64,000 bases of DNA, taken from contig CM114271.1 in NCBI GenBank assembly GCA_050084515.1, positions 30,318,001 through 30,382,000 of the forward strand. The letters run 5' to 3'. A model generated the notes under the pieces. It was not told the DNA's origin. It made no database searches and worked only from the letters and a program-made list of their open reading frames with translations. Below, in pieces: positions 39,299 through 52,600 of the stretch. Position 1 is the stretch's first letter. Every line of letters starts with the position of its first letter. The position numbers and the translations under genes are program-made. The stretch is from Blasia pusilla (lineage: Eukaryota).

Positions 39299-39778
39299 AA
39301 AAATAAAGAGTAGTAAAAACGGCACACCCGGCCTAAAACTCCACTCCTCAATCTACATTGGCATATCGAACCTCGTCCACCTTATGCTATCAAGGAATTC
39401 AGACGCTAGCACCCTAGTCCTATCTCACACACATACAAGGGAGGTGCTCCAACGGCCCAACATGAGAAAGATGGCTTAGGAAAGCCATCTTCCTCTCTTA
39501 TATAGGGTTAGGAAGAGCCAAAAGGCTCTTCCCCTAAAAATAACCCTCTCCTTAGTAACCTGCGCACACAGGTTACCAGGGGCAAGTGACCTGGTCAACA
39601 AGTCACCCGGCTATGAAAGACCTCAACATGAAAGTTATCAGAAACGACGTTCCTGACACAATGGACCTATTCTCAACCTCATCCGAACCCGTGGGACAAA
39701 GTTACACTCAAGATAGTCCACTGGCTCCTACACCCTATCCACGATAGATCTCGGCCTATCGGCTACTCAGATGTGACA
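39299..39778. repeat. Element 1 repeat B (480 bp, 5' terminal copy)
   Basis: Direct repeat of 30912-31391; ends TGTGACA followed by the TSD. Confidence 0.95.
39497..39504 (-). promoter_or_regulatory. Putative TATA box of element 1
   Basis: TATATAAG on the coding strand, about 31-32 nt upstream of a CA initiator-like site at 39473/39472; conserved in the 3' B copy. Confidence 0.6.
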
Positions 39779-40959
39779 CAACCCTCATAACAAACAAACG
39801 CCAAGCACAACATTAGAATTCTAATGGGCTCATTCTAGTATGGTTTACATGTTGAAGAGGTCTCTTGGAAGAGGCGCAAGAGACAAAAAATATGAGACAC
39901 GAATAAGGTTGAGCATTTCATTCTTCTATAGTCACGACTAGGAAACCTAAACGAAACATGAACCAAGACTTGAGAGAAGTGGAGTCTAGGAAGAGAAGTT
40001 GCCAAAGAGGTGAGAACCCGATTTGGAATGTGACTAGCATTTAGGGTTTCAGCTATATTTTGGACCATAACTTTTAGTCCCTAGACCCATTTGGGAAAAT
40101 TAAGGTGTCGTTGGAAAGCTTATGCAAATCCAATTCCAACGCATCAAAAATCTTAGAAAAAAAATAAGCAGAGGATGAGAAACTTCTTTACTTCCTTTCA
40201 GTTGGGACCGTTGGGCGTGCAAACGCCGTTTTAGGTGCCTGGACTATCAAGAAGACTATCCTAAGTCTCAGAAGTCCTGCCCATATTGGGAAGCTAGGAA
40301 CAAGGAAGATTGGGCTTGACATATGGCCGAGTTGAGAACTGAGAGAGTTGGAAGATTGATTGGCCCAAACCAAATCTAACGTGAGTGTAAGTAGCCTTGT
40401 GAGCAGCGAGAGCATGTCCTACTAAACATACGCTTACACAACACTAAAGATTTAAATTCAAGAGGAGTAGGCATACAAAAATCGAACTCATTCACATTCA
40501 GAGGAGTGCACATAAGTCATAAGAGTCACCGAGCAGGCTTTTATTGTTGCTCAGGAATCGTATCTAATTAAAGCGGGAGCCTTAGGGGATTAGGCGTTCT
40601 GATAGGTGCAACAGAGGGTTTAATTTACAGTTTACACTTCCAAATGGAAGCAAATGGAGGGGCAAGGCTTGGGTGATGGCCATTTTACAGATTTTTGGCG
40701 GCCCGGTAAATCCAAAGGGTTGCGCCTACCAGGGCGGTCGGCGTACCGCGGTTTAGGGTCTAATGGGCGGAGGGCATACCAGAGTGTTGCATCCCGATTT
40801 GATCGCAACGAAGTGGGGTGGGCATGGGGTTCACATGTCATAGTGCCCCCGGTGCCGCATCACCATTTGGTCGCACGACAAAGTTTGGTATTATGGTAGT
40901 GGGTGAATCTCAAATGTCGCAATTTGGCGCCTTTTCCAAATTGCCAATTGCTACTTCGG

Positions 40960-43900
40960 GGAGAGCTTCCGGAACACGAAATTGCTCCGAAATTGAGCTC
41001 TACATGTCGAGACTTTGTTGAGCGTTTGCTTAGTGTGAGTAATAGTCCCCACCATATTATGAGAATGCACACAAAGTGGATCACAGATCAGATGAGAGAT
41101 AAACTCAGTGGATCCTAAACTCAAGCAAGGGATGCTATGCTCAAACATCAAGACATCCTAAACATAAGAAATGCCACGAGGAGGCGATAAAGTGGGTATG
41201 AAGGGACTGTCATGCGCATACACATCCCTATACAACATACATCGTTGTCACCAAACACACACACAACCACGCATGATCCCATGCTAACTCATGGCATCCA
41301 AACGACAAGACAAGAAGTACCAAAATATCTCCAATCGCCCCCTAGATGGTGGTTAGGTCCCTCTAACTCTAGATAGCCATCTAACCCTACCTACCATGAC
41401 ATACATCTCTCGGACGATGAGAGCAAGAAGGCCGCGTGCTCATGTGGCCCCCTCGTTAGTCGCCTTCTTATCATCCATGTCACAAACACAAGTCAGAATG
41501 TAGAACTACCTACTTTATGTACATCCGGGACACATCCATCGTCCCTGAGGAACCCTAGTGAGAGGTGGCCTCAAGCCTGCCATATGCCATCCTCTCGAAC
41601 ATCCATCACAAACTAGCATAGTGGCTGCACCATGGGCAGAACCACACAACATACATCGCAAGCCTGCCCGAACTACTGTATCTTCAATGTTCGGAAGGTG
41701 ACACGGCGCACAGTTACGCACATGGTCCTTCCAAACCATATCATCGCGTCCCTCCAATAAGAGAATACTTGATGGAAAAACCTCACACACTCTCAAGATG
41801 GTGCGCCCTATAGTCACATCCAACATCGTGGATGCCGTCTGTTGTAAGTAGACATAGTCTCCCTAATGAAACCTCCGGATAGTAGGTCGATAACCACCTC
41901 CCCGAATAGTTGCATACCTCAACGTATCTCGATGTTGCGCAATCGCCAAGTTCTCAAACGCCATGGACATCACTCTCCGAAACAACTCAGCCCTCTGAGA
42001 ACATGCTTGCATCCATACATTAGGGTTATCAAGGTTCAACATCTCACCAACATCTCGACGAATGGCGTAAATCTGGCTCCCGGCCATAAAGAAACAAGAA
42101 CGGTGAGAAAGGCGCTAAGGATGCATGCTTGCTGAATCTGTATCCCATCGCCAACCACGATAACTAGAGGTCCCAATCTCCTAGGTGACCTCTCTGCAAG
42201 GCATACTTGCGTAATCCTCTCTTCACCGTCTGTACAACCCGCTCTCCTAGTCCATCCGCCTCAGGATGATCTCGCGTAGTAGTGCGGTGGTCATTAGTGC
42301 CTGATCACACAAGGCCTTAAACTCCCTGCAGAATGTTGTACCCTGGTCTGTCAACACCTTAGATGGTGCGCCGTAATGACTCAGCACTCGATCTAGGAAG
42401 GCATACGTTACTCCCTCACTTGCGTTTTCAGGCAATGCAACCAACTCTATCCACTTCGAGAAGTGCTCGATCATCACCAACACATAACGACTATGGCACT
42501 TTGTCAAAGGCAAAGGTCCTGAAAAATCCAAACTCCATCTATAACCTAAACCCATGATCGGAAGTGGATGCAACAGTGGAGTCGAAGCATTGAATGATGC
42601 TTGAACTCGATCATATACCATGCATCTAGCAACAAACTGTTGAACATCAATCTGCATGCCTCGCCACCAATACTGAATCTGGAGCAAGTTGTACATCCGC
42701 TTCATTCCAAAATGACCCAACTCCTCGTGGGCATGACGCACCAAACGTGCTCTCTGCAAAGGATGAGGCACTACATGCACTCTACCATCCTCCCACACTT
42801 GCAACATTTGTGTCCCTTCCCACCAGAACTGTCTGGCTCGTTGTAGGATCCGATCTCACTCTCTAGCATCCTCTATGCTCGTGATGCTGCCAATACGCAG
42901 GTACTCCAAGACCACTCCATCCTCGTAAATGTCTGGGCCATCTGTTGTCTCCTCACTGGCCTCTGGATCTAAGGACTCTCCATCAGACCTCGCCATCAAA
43001 GTCTTAAAAATCTGGCTCTCCATAGCCAACAAGCCCAAATAGGTTGAGGCATGCCATCCTGGCATCAACTCCTCATCACTCTCACCATGCCTACAAGCTC
43101 CAGTCGCATCTTGCTGACTCGAGCATGGGTTTTGGGACTCCTGCAACAAAAGAGCCCACCTTGCAAGCTTCCTTGTAAGCTTGTCGGACTCCATCAACCA
43201 CTTAAGTGGATGATGATCAGTAATGATGCTCAAGGGATTGCCCAAAAGATAACATCTGAAATGTGCGACAGCTCACACTACAGCCAATCACTCACCCTCA
43301 TACAAGCTATAGTTTGCCTCTGCAGCATTGTTCGAGCGACTAGCGTAAGCCACCACGAACTCTATACCATCATCGTCATGTTGGGTGAGCACGGCTCCAA
43401 GCCCCAACATGCTCCAATCGATATGCAACTGGAAAGGACGCCCCCTGATCGGTCTCCTCAATATGGGCGCGGACATCAGTCTGTCCTTGAGCATCTAAAA
43501 TGCTCTCTCTTGCTCATCCCGCTAGTGCCATTCCTGATCCACCTTGGTCAGCAAGGTTAGCGGCTTCGCAATCGAACTGAAACCCTTTACGTATCGTCCA
43601 TAGAAGTTTGCCAATCCCATGAATGCACGAACTCGACTCACATCTGTAGGGCGTGGAATGCGTGAAATAGCCTCTACCTTCGTCTGTTGCACACCAAGGC
43701 CCCCTAGGTATATCGTATGACCCAAGAACTCAATCTGGTCGTAGAAGAACTTGCACTTGCCTGGATGTAGCTTCAGCCCATGTAACTGCAATCGTCAAAA
43801 CATCTCCTCTAGATGTCGCTCATGCTCCTCAACCATGGCGCTAAAGACTACGATGTCATCAATATAACACCTAGCAAAATCCACACCTGCCAAGATCCTA

Positions 43901-46900
43901 TCCATGACCCTCTGAAACTTAGCCGGGGAGTTCTTTAACCCGAATGGTAAGAACTGCCATTGGTACAAAGAATCCTTCCCGTGAGGATCGATGCCCCAAA
44001 ATGCCGTCTTCTACCTGTCCTCCAATCTTATAGGCAGCTGATGGTATCCGGCTCGTAAATCCAATGAATTGAAGACCTTTGCATGCCCAATCGCATCAAA
44101 GATTTCCTCCAGGGTGGGCATGGCATACCTATTGGACTTCGTCTGCCGATAGATAGGTCCGTAATCTCCACACATCCGCCTATGCGTCCACTTGCCATGC
44201 ACATCCTTCTTGGCGGGCATGAGAGAGGTAGATGCATACTCTCCATGCGACATCTCCACTAGTCCTGCACCAACCAAGTCTTGGCTCCTACTCTGAATCT
44301 GAGCCCTCTCCATGTCACTGTACTTGTAGGATCGTCGAAAGATCGGTGTGTCACTCGACAACTCAATGCGGATCCCTGGACCCTTTAGCGTATCCAAATC
44401 ATGCATACTAAATGCAAAACAACTCCTATAACTCTTAAGGAACTACTGTATCTAACGCCGCTCTCCTCTTGTCAACTTAGGGCCCATATCTGCCTCCCAA
44501 GTCTCCATCGTGAGTACGGTAGGACTCTTCGGCGCGGATGTCGGTGGTTGTTATGGTGCAACCCCGTCTCAGACAATAGAACTCTCATCTCCACGTGCAG
44601 TACCCAGAACCACGCTCGATGTTGTGGCTATCATCTCCTGGCGTACCTGCAAAACATCCCAAGAAGTCCAAGGGTGTCTCTCCCGATCACCCCTGGTGTG
44701 TCGATCTCCTCGGGTCTCGCCCCCAGCCACTGCCTCAACCGTCTTGGTAGGCATGGGGCTCACCAACGCAACAGCTGTGATCTATTGCATCCTCAAACGA
44801 AGCTGCTCAGCTACTCCTAAACTGGAAATCCATGTCAAGCACTTCAGATCTATCGCCCTGATCCAAGACATGACGTCATGATGCCTCTAATAGTGACGGT
44901 ATTGTCGTCACTCCTATGGGTAATCCCATTGCTCGCTCTCGCTCATCGGCGTTGGGCTCCACCAACCTCTGTACTTGGTCATCCCAAACCAAGCCAGGTC
45001 CGGCCTCCTTGAATGCTTAGGAAGCGGGAAAACTCACCAATGTCGATCATATACTCAAAATGGTACTTACCTAAAATAGTAAGTTCCTCAATATGGCTCC
45101 AAATAAGCCAAAACAAAGGGGATACCTGCTCTCTCAGGTTTCTCGGGGCCTCAGTAGGTCATCCTCAACCTCTTGAGTCTGTCCTCCACTACTACTCCCG
45201 AAGGCGCTCTACTCGATCTCACCAATCTATCCTAAAAGATGTAACAGGACAGATGATGCAACCGCGGTCCACATGTGAGTTGAGAGGCATCCTGAACATG
45301 TCATACTTTACAAACCATTTGACCATGTCAATTGAGATCCCTTCACCCTTGATTTTCCACCCCATGGATGCTCCAAAATCTGGTAAGATTTGGAGACGGA
45401 GGTGCCATTAGTATGGATGCGCACATGGAACCAACACACACATACGAGATAACTCAATTGTTTTTGAATGGTTATGTATAGGGATGGTTGTAGGAAGGGT
45501 TAATTTCAATCAGCAAAGGTCAAGTATACCATGTTTTAGAATTTTACTTCGGAAAGTTCTCTACTGAACAGATTCAGAACCCTTCTAATGGAGAGTTCTA
45601 GAACTGAACTTCATTTCATGACACTAACTCTGCATCCTCAGTAACCTAAGACATTGTGGACAATGTGATGTAAGGTCTAGTTTTTTATATTAATTCGGTC
45701 CTCTGTTCTCAAGATATTGCATGTGGAAACACTGATCCTCTATGCATTGTTGGTTTGTTTCACTCCAAATAGTACCAACTGTTCACCCTCCTAGGTTTTG
45801 ATTCCTTCCATAATGGATTACCTATGGTGTAGGCAATTCTACAACGGCATACGCATGCAAACCTTGTGGAAGTTCTCAGGAGCATCAAGGCTCGTGCGGA
45901 AGCCATGATTTGCATTAGTGGACAAGATATCCTGACACGGTGGAACCCTTCTTGCTTCATTGTCGACGATTCAAAGGAAGAGCAATCAGCCATAAGGGAA
46001 GTGTTTCCACAGGTTCCTACCCACTTGTGTATTTGGAACATGCGAAAAGCCTCGCTCAGGAAGCTCCATCAACGAGTTAGATGTCCCATTACCAAGGCAG
46101 ATATGAATCGAGACCTCGGTCAAATTATGTACACTCGATATCTTGGTATGTGTATTTCTCTGGAAATCTGAAGTTTATCCTCCTTGACATGTATTTGCAA
46201 CCTACAAATGAATGTGTGGAGCTAAGTAGACGTGTAACCTGTGCAGATCCTTAGCAAGTATCCATGGACTTCCTCCACAAGTATGTTGATTCTGAGCCGC
46301 ATTTTGTGAAATACTAAACTACAAACTGGCACCCAAAATTGGCCTCATGGGCGAAGGCGTTTAGAAGTAAAGCCACATCTCACCAAGATACCAATGCTGC
46401 AATCGAAAGGTGGCATGCCACCTTGAAGACACATCTCACTTCAAGCATGCCGACCAAGGGAACAAGGAAGATTATTTGGCTAGTTGAAATTTTGACCAAT
46501 GAAGTTGAGGATTTTTGCTGGTACATGGCACTCTTGAAGTCTGAAGGGAGGGTTAGGAACAAGGCAATCTATCGTGTGATGACTATGGCCATAAAGAATG
46601 CTAAAGAAATTCCTGATGCCCATGTTACGTTTGAAAATCACAATGGCGTAAAATATGTGAAGGTCTTGAGTAAATCCAAACGAAGATTTTGACACTCAAT
46701 CTCCAACTACAACTCAAAGATTGCTGCATACACATGCTGCATGCCCAAGAGGGCACCACATGCAAACACCAAGTAAGTGTCCATCTAATTTGGTGCTTAA
46801 ATTGTAACGCACAATTCCATCAACCTCGAATCTTGTGTAGGCGTTCATGCTTTTTTGAAATCAGTTTGGGGTATGGTGACAGGTGAAGTGATTCTTGCTA

Positions 46901-47522
46901 TCAAGATACATCGAGGGGCAAGTTATTTAATATTTTGGGGTCAAATTTGGAAGTACATCCGGAGGCTTTCAAGGCCTTGCCAAATGCCAAGAAGGTGACC
47001 TTCAAGAAAGATCTCCACCTCAATATCCAACCTCATATGAACAAGATTACCTTATGATGAGAGAACTGGCAAAGAAGCTCAGAACAAAACAAGGCCCTTG
47101 ATATTGAAAATGTATTCCAAAAGCTCATGAAAGTCATTGAAACTTCTAGCTCGCACCAGCTTCTGATTGACCATACCGTACAACAAATGAAATCAGTATA
47201 TGAGTCCATTCTCAATTTGAAGGCAAGGAGCGATGTGAGTATCCTATCTACACCAACTATTGTTCAAACCAGCCCAAAAAGCTTTGTACCAAGCGGAGTA
47301 GCTGATAGCTCATTGAAACGAAAAGTAGATTGGGTTGAAGCCTTACACAGAAAGGGTAGACGCATACCAAACAACAACCATGAAACTACCATTGAACGAA
47401 TGCAACCCTCTTTCCAACGCAGAGAAAAGGTCAAATTCAAGGATATGCAGACAAAGGTAGATCTAGCTGCCATTGAAAGGACACTGGTTGGATTGCCTAC
47501 AAATCATAGGTCTGCAAATTAA
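40960..47522 (+). pseudogene. Decayed MULE/SWIM transposase-like gene split by element 2
   Basis: APKLSSTCRDFVERLL...RDAMLKHQDILNIRN before 41208 continues as DDATAVHM*VERHPEH after 45250; then WNPSCFIVDDSKEEQSAIREVFPQVPTHLCIW, TNAAIERWHATLK and a SWIM-like C..CKH near 46720-46770. TIRs not found. Confidence 0.75.
41208..45246 (-). mobile_element. Element 2: internally deleted family-2 copy with one A (41208-41335) and one partial B (~45042-45246), no repeated termini
   Basis: TGTCA...TAACA ends with 4-bp TSD GGAC (41204-41207, 45247-45250). Contains PHD (41515-41660), integrase, RNase H, RT (CYIDDI at ~43852-43869) and MTase C-terminus (~44820-45040); a deletion joins MTase to B at ~45041. 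Confidence 0.92.
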
Positions 47523-49694
47523 AAGTGATCAACAATCCTAGTTGTTGTACTTGATCACGGCTATAGCGTTTTTTAATGGAAGTATGTACATTCTCTTGTT
47601 TTAGCACACTTGCAAATCAGAGTTCTTAACTTTTTTTCTTCACAAGATGTTGATTACCGGTGCATACTTCACCTAGACATTGGGAGTTTGTTTATCACTT
47701 CTGCATAAGAATAATAGAGGGCTGAAAGAAAGAATTATTGATGGGTGAAAGCAATAAAAGCCATCCCCGCAACTAGAATAACTAAAGCTCACACAAGGAA
47801 ACTCTCACTCTTGCAAGACATTTGACCTACTGACAGGTGCGTGATCAAAACTGTTGTGGTCTAGCAGATATATTGAAGAGCTCCATGGCAACCTGCTCTC
47901 GAAGGCTTACAAGTTGAACTCTTTGTATCTGGAGTTTAGGGTGTTTCTTCCAACGTTCCCATTAAGATGACTTCACATACTCACTTATCATTATAGAAAG
48001 AAGTTTAATTGTTATTATGTTAATGTCATTACAAATCTTGATTCTTATTACCTCTTATAGACTTTCTTGAATCTTTTCTTGTGATGACATCAAAACTGAA
48101 AAGTTCATCAATCCCTCCACTGTCCCTTAGACTTGGGTCATGGCATGAGATGTGATATACTTGCTCATATTTGGGTTTATGGTGGTAGACTAGTTTACCT
48201 ATTTGAATACACTAGCAGACATGACTTTTGGGTAGAAATGGGCCCTGACCTAAGAAATCACTCCCAAAACTAAACTACTGCAATCAAAGGTGCGGTCCAA
48301 TAAATTTTTTAATTATCCTTGCTAAACAATATGGGCCCACTCAGGTTTCCAAAAAACCCAGTCCCTAAAGTACACGAAAGTAATTGAAGTTAAGTGGTGG
48401 ACAGTAATATCTAAACACAGATTAGAATTACAATACTGGGGAAGAATAGACCCTAAAGTGAGAAGAACCGTTCCATAAGGGAACCGCCTGAGATATTTCA
48501 GGAGAGTTCTGCATTGCCTCTTGCCCTCCCTTTCTATTCAATCATCTCCCTCCAACTTCTTGGATTTTGGCTTCCTGCCTTCCCTTTCTACTCACTTAAT
48601 CACATCCAACTGCTTCATGCCAACTTCACTTGATTTTACCGATTGTCAGACTTTGAAGCCCTTGTATTACTGTGCACAATTTATTCCCCTTGTCCCCAAT
48701 TCACATGAAGCCTGGATGTTGGGAGAGGCCCTACCTTTACCTCCCCCAAAGTAGAAACCCAATTCAAAGCGCAAGTTGACTTTGCCTTGTACTTGTGCGT
48801 CAATCAGGATTTTGAAAAGAGGATCACAGGAGCATTATCACTCAGCTGCCGGAAGTGCTCTCGACATTGTCAAAGATGGTGTACTGGGTGACACTACCTA
48901 TCTTATTTCCTAAACTGTACACTCTGTAAGCGATCACAATCACAATCACCAAGGATTTAGTTCCTGCTTCCAGGAAAAAGTTCCCAATTATGAACCAACG
49001 ACACAACATAAACCTCTGGGCACAACTAGCCATGTCCATGACTGAGATTACTGCTGCTTAACTGAACCAGACATCAAGGGACTTGCAATTCCTGGAATCA
49101 GACTGCACCTTCTCAGGTAGGACTACGCCTCGTCACATGGACCTGACATGAGAGAGCATCAGGCAGAAAATTATCAAACTCCACTGATTGCATCTCGAAG
49201 AAAACCCCATCTTGAGTAAGAAATAGCAATATATGCCTAGACAGGCATGATGTGGGTTAGTGCAGCTTTGTTCCACATCATAAATATCTATGCATCTAGT
49301 ATAACACGGGGATCACATAATTCAACTCATCTAACAAAGCATGCTTTTCAGCATATGTCCTCATGGTCAAATCAGTTCAGACATCAGCCATCTCTTCCTG
49401 ATAGGATGGAAACCACACGCTCAAAGATCTGTACATGGCAAATGGCTCAACATTATTGAACTTGCTGCTAATTTTACAAATTTGGGGAGAGACCAGACTT
49501 CTCTGTCAATTCTACTGCACTCAGAAGCATTTCTACCTTGCATATTTTGAAGCAGACAGCAGGAGAAGTTGTGCTTATGCCAACCTGTGACCTGTGTGAT
49601 CACATACTACTGAGTACTTTAATCATTGACATAGCACATCATTATAACAGCTGCCTCTTTGAAGCTATGAAGGCACTACGGTATTGAATAACAT

Positions 49695-52600
49695 TCATTT
49701 GCTCTTCTTGGGCCCATACACAGATGACATGTGATCCTGCATCATCAAAAGTGAAAAGGTTCATTAGCAACTTACCTTCCAAAGGATTTACTGTCCAATA
49801 TGGGCACAAGGCGTCATGTAACTTTCAGCCTCCTCAATATGCAACCAACACTTATTAGTCAGCAAAAACAAATCTCCCCAATGAAATCTTCAAAGTTGCC
49901 GCACTGAAAGACTAACCGTGATGAAGTCAAACGCCTTTGTGTCCTCCTTTGGAATCTCCACTGTAGCATACCTTGGGGTAGCGTCACTTGAGAAATCAAA
50001 ACCATCCCTAAAGTTCTGGTTGAGAACTGCACCATTAATATTGTGACCTGGCATAACCCCACCGAACATGGGCATTGTAGGTAAAGCAGCTCCAAACTGT
50101 TGCTGACCAAGCTGGCCAGGCAAGTTAAAGTTTATATTTCCATTGGCCAATGCTTGCGCCATTATCATATTGGTTGGAAAGAGTCCAGGCATATTCATGG
50201 GCATAGGCACAGGCATTAGACCAGAGGGGTGCAAATACATCATTTGTGGGGGCATACCAGTCCCAGAAAGAACTTGTCCTGCGCCTACCAAACCTGGTAA
50301 TTGAGTGTTGTAAGCATTTGAGATGTTCCCAACACTGACCGGAGTTGTTTGCTGCGTGGAATTCTTGTTGGGCATCAAGGTATGGAGTTGCTCGAGTATA
50401 TTATCGCTTCCTGAGCTTCCAGTGGAAAGATTCCCCAATAGGTTTACAAGGTTGTCTTCTGAAGCTGCATCATCGTTAGGCTTAGTCACAGACAAATCCC
50501 CAAATAGATTGTCACCTTCATCCTGTCTCATACCTTCTACTGCACCATTTCCTACTCGTCTACCGCTATCGACATCAAGGCCTGTGAACAAGTCACTTTC
50601 TGTGCCATTTCCAGGCACATTCTCTGCGCCATGGAATGACATACCCGCAAATGGGTCAGCTTCAGGGTCATTGGCAGATGCACTTGCAGATGTTTCATTT
50701 ACCCAGTGATTTTCGTCTATGAGGTCATGATGTGCAGGTTTCTCTACTTTAGAACCACTCGGTGTACCTTGCAGGTTCTCTGTGTCCGACAGTAAATCAA
50801 AGTCTTTTGTGTCCATCAAATCCGGATATGCAACAGGAGGTGGAAGCTTTGGTACTACTATGACCTTATGCGACTCTGCACTTTCCTCACTTTTACTGTC
50901 TTTCATCCCAGCTCCAATCATCTCCATCACCTGCATATGGCAAGTGATCCAGGGCCCTTTAAGTTCCTAGGTTCACACCCATACAAGATAGAAAAAATGA
51001 AATGTCTTTTCACACACACAATCAATGATTGGTCTACCATCCCCAATTTATCAAACCTTTATCTTGTGAATCGTGCTTGAAAGATACAGTAAGCAAATAA
51101 CATCCGTATTAAAATTCAAACCACGTACTTCAATCCTCTATAGGATACATGATAACTTTCTGTTACCTTTTTAGCCTTCTCTCTCAAGGACGTTTGCGGA
51201 GACTGTAGACTATCAACGATGGCACTTGCATCCTCTTCAAACATAGCCACCACAGCATCTAGAACCTTATTTTCTTCTCTGTTCTTGATTGAAGCCTCGA
51301 GGAGGCAGAGAGCTTTGAAACGCACCTGGGGGAAAATTCCATTGAATGTAAACAAGAGATGAACTTCAAAGAAAAACCCTAAGGAAATTTTGACTCAAAG
51401 CAGGACAAATATAAGGAATCTGAACTGAATATTCAATGCATTGTTCTCTCTCCCAGTTAATTGATCACAAGGCAGTAACAGATACTTTGTAACACACACA
51501 GTCTGAGTTCCTTGGGATATGAAGACCAAAGGGTGACAAAAGTAGGTGGATGATTGTAAGTGGCGCCACTAGCAGTAGCAAGCATAAAATTGAGAAACTT
51601 GAATATAAGGTGCAACCTGGCGGAAAGTTCATCTATCTGTCCACTAAATTGCCAACTGCTCCCCACCCTGATCACAGAAGTGAATCACAGACGTACTACC
51701 TGCCAAGAGTGAGCTTTCAGCTTTGATTCAAGTGAAAGCACCAGATTTCCTGCATCAAGCTTTTGAGTCGAGACTGTAAAAGTATGAAGAGTTTCACGAG
51801 TGGGCTGTAATCGCACACCACCAGGAGCTGTCAAGCTGTCAAGCAGTCTGTCCTCTGATGTATGTCCTCTTCCTTCGTTGCGACTTCCCCTGCCATTGCC
51901 ATTACCAGATTTTGAATAAGAGTCTTCACTTGGTGAGGAGCTTTGTCTGCTCTCATCAGCGTCTCTTCCATTCCAATGCTCGATCTCCCCCCTGTCAAAT
52001 GGTCTCTCTCGCTCTGTAGTCAACGACCTACGCAGTCCTTGAGCGCGGTAGCTTCCTGCATTCTTATTGCCTGCAGAACCGGACCCAGAATAATGATTAT
52101 AATTACTTATCATATCAATGCTTTGCCTGATAGATTGGCTTCCAAAACCTACGAGTCCACTCAGCACTGACTTCTTCTCCTCTTCTCTTGGCGCGTCAAA
52201 ATTGGTGCTTCCAAATCCCTGAATACGCTTTCCTACGTCCTCCAAAGTCGTAACCCTCTCTTCCGAACCAAAGATGGCAGAAACCGCCTCGTGGGCCGTG
52301 TCCCGCACAGCTCTATTCAGGGCGTCGCCTTTCAAGGGATCCGGTTGTCCTTTGTAGTGAAATAATTGACGAATAACCCCAGCTTGCCGCTGCATTTCTC
52401 GCTTGAATTCTGCCCCACCCTTCGAGGCTGCATATTTCATGAATCTCAAGGTCTGCAGAGGCAACCCAAAACAGTCACGCACTAGTGGCTACAAGTTTCT
52501 TGCGGCTCAAATCTTCGCGTCCTTCCCAGACACCGATGCACCCATCAATGCATGTCAAGACCGGACGAACTGGAAAATGTTCGGAAACGAACTCGAGTCG

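Larger units (their letters stand above)
30773..39778 (-). mobile_element. Element 1: full-span (9006 bp) Ty3/gypsy-type retrotransposon, family 1, with split terminal repeats, DNMT and PHD
   Basis: TGTC...GACA ends with 4-bp TSD CAAC (30769-30772, 39779-39782). Minus-strand order: gag (CCHC-like), protease, C5-MTase, RT remnant, RNase H, HHCC/DDE integrase, PHD. Confidence 0.95.

Noticed and set aside
30773-39778. Classifying the elements as DIRS/PAT/Ngaro because of split repeats plus a methyltransferase
   Set aside because: They encode protease and HHCC/DDE integrase in gypsy order, have TG..CA ends with TSDs, and the MTase is C5-type; no tyrosine recombinase is seen.
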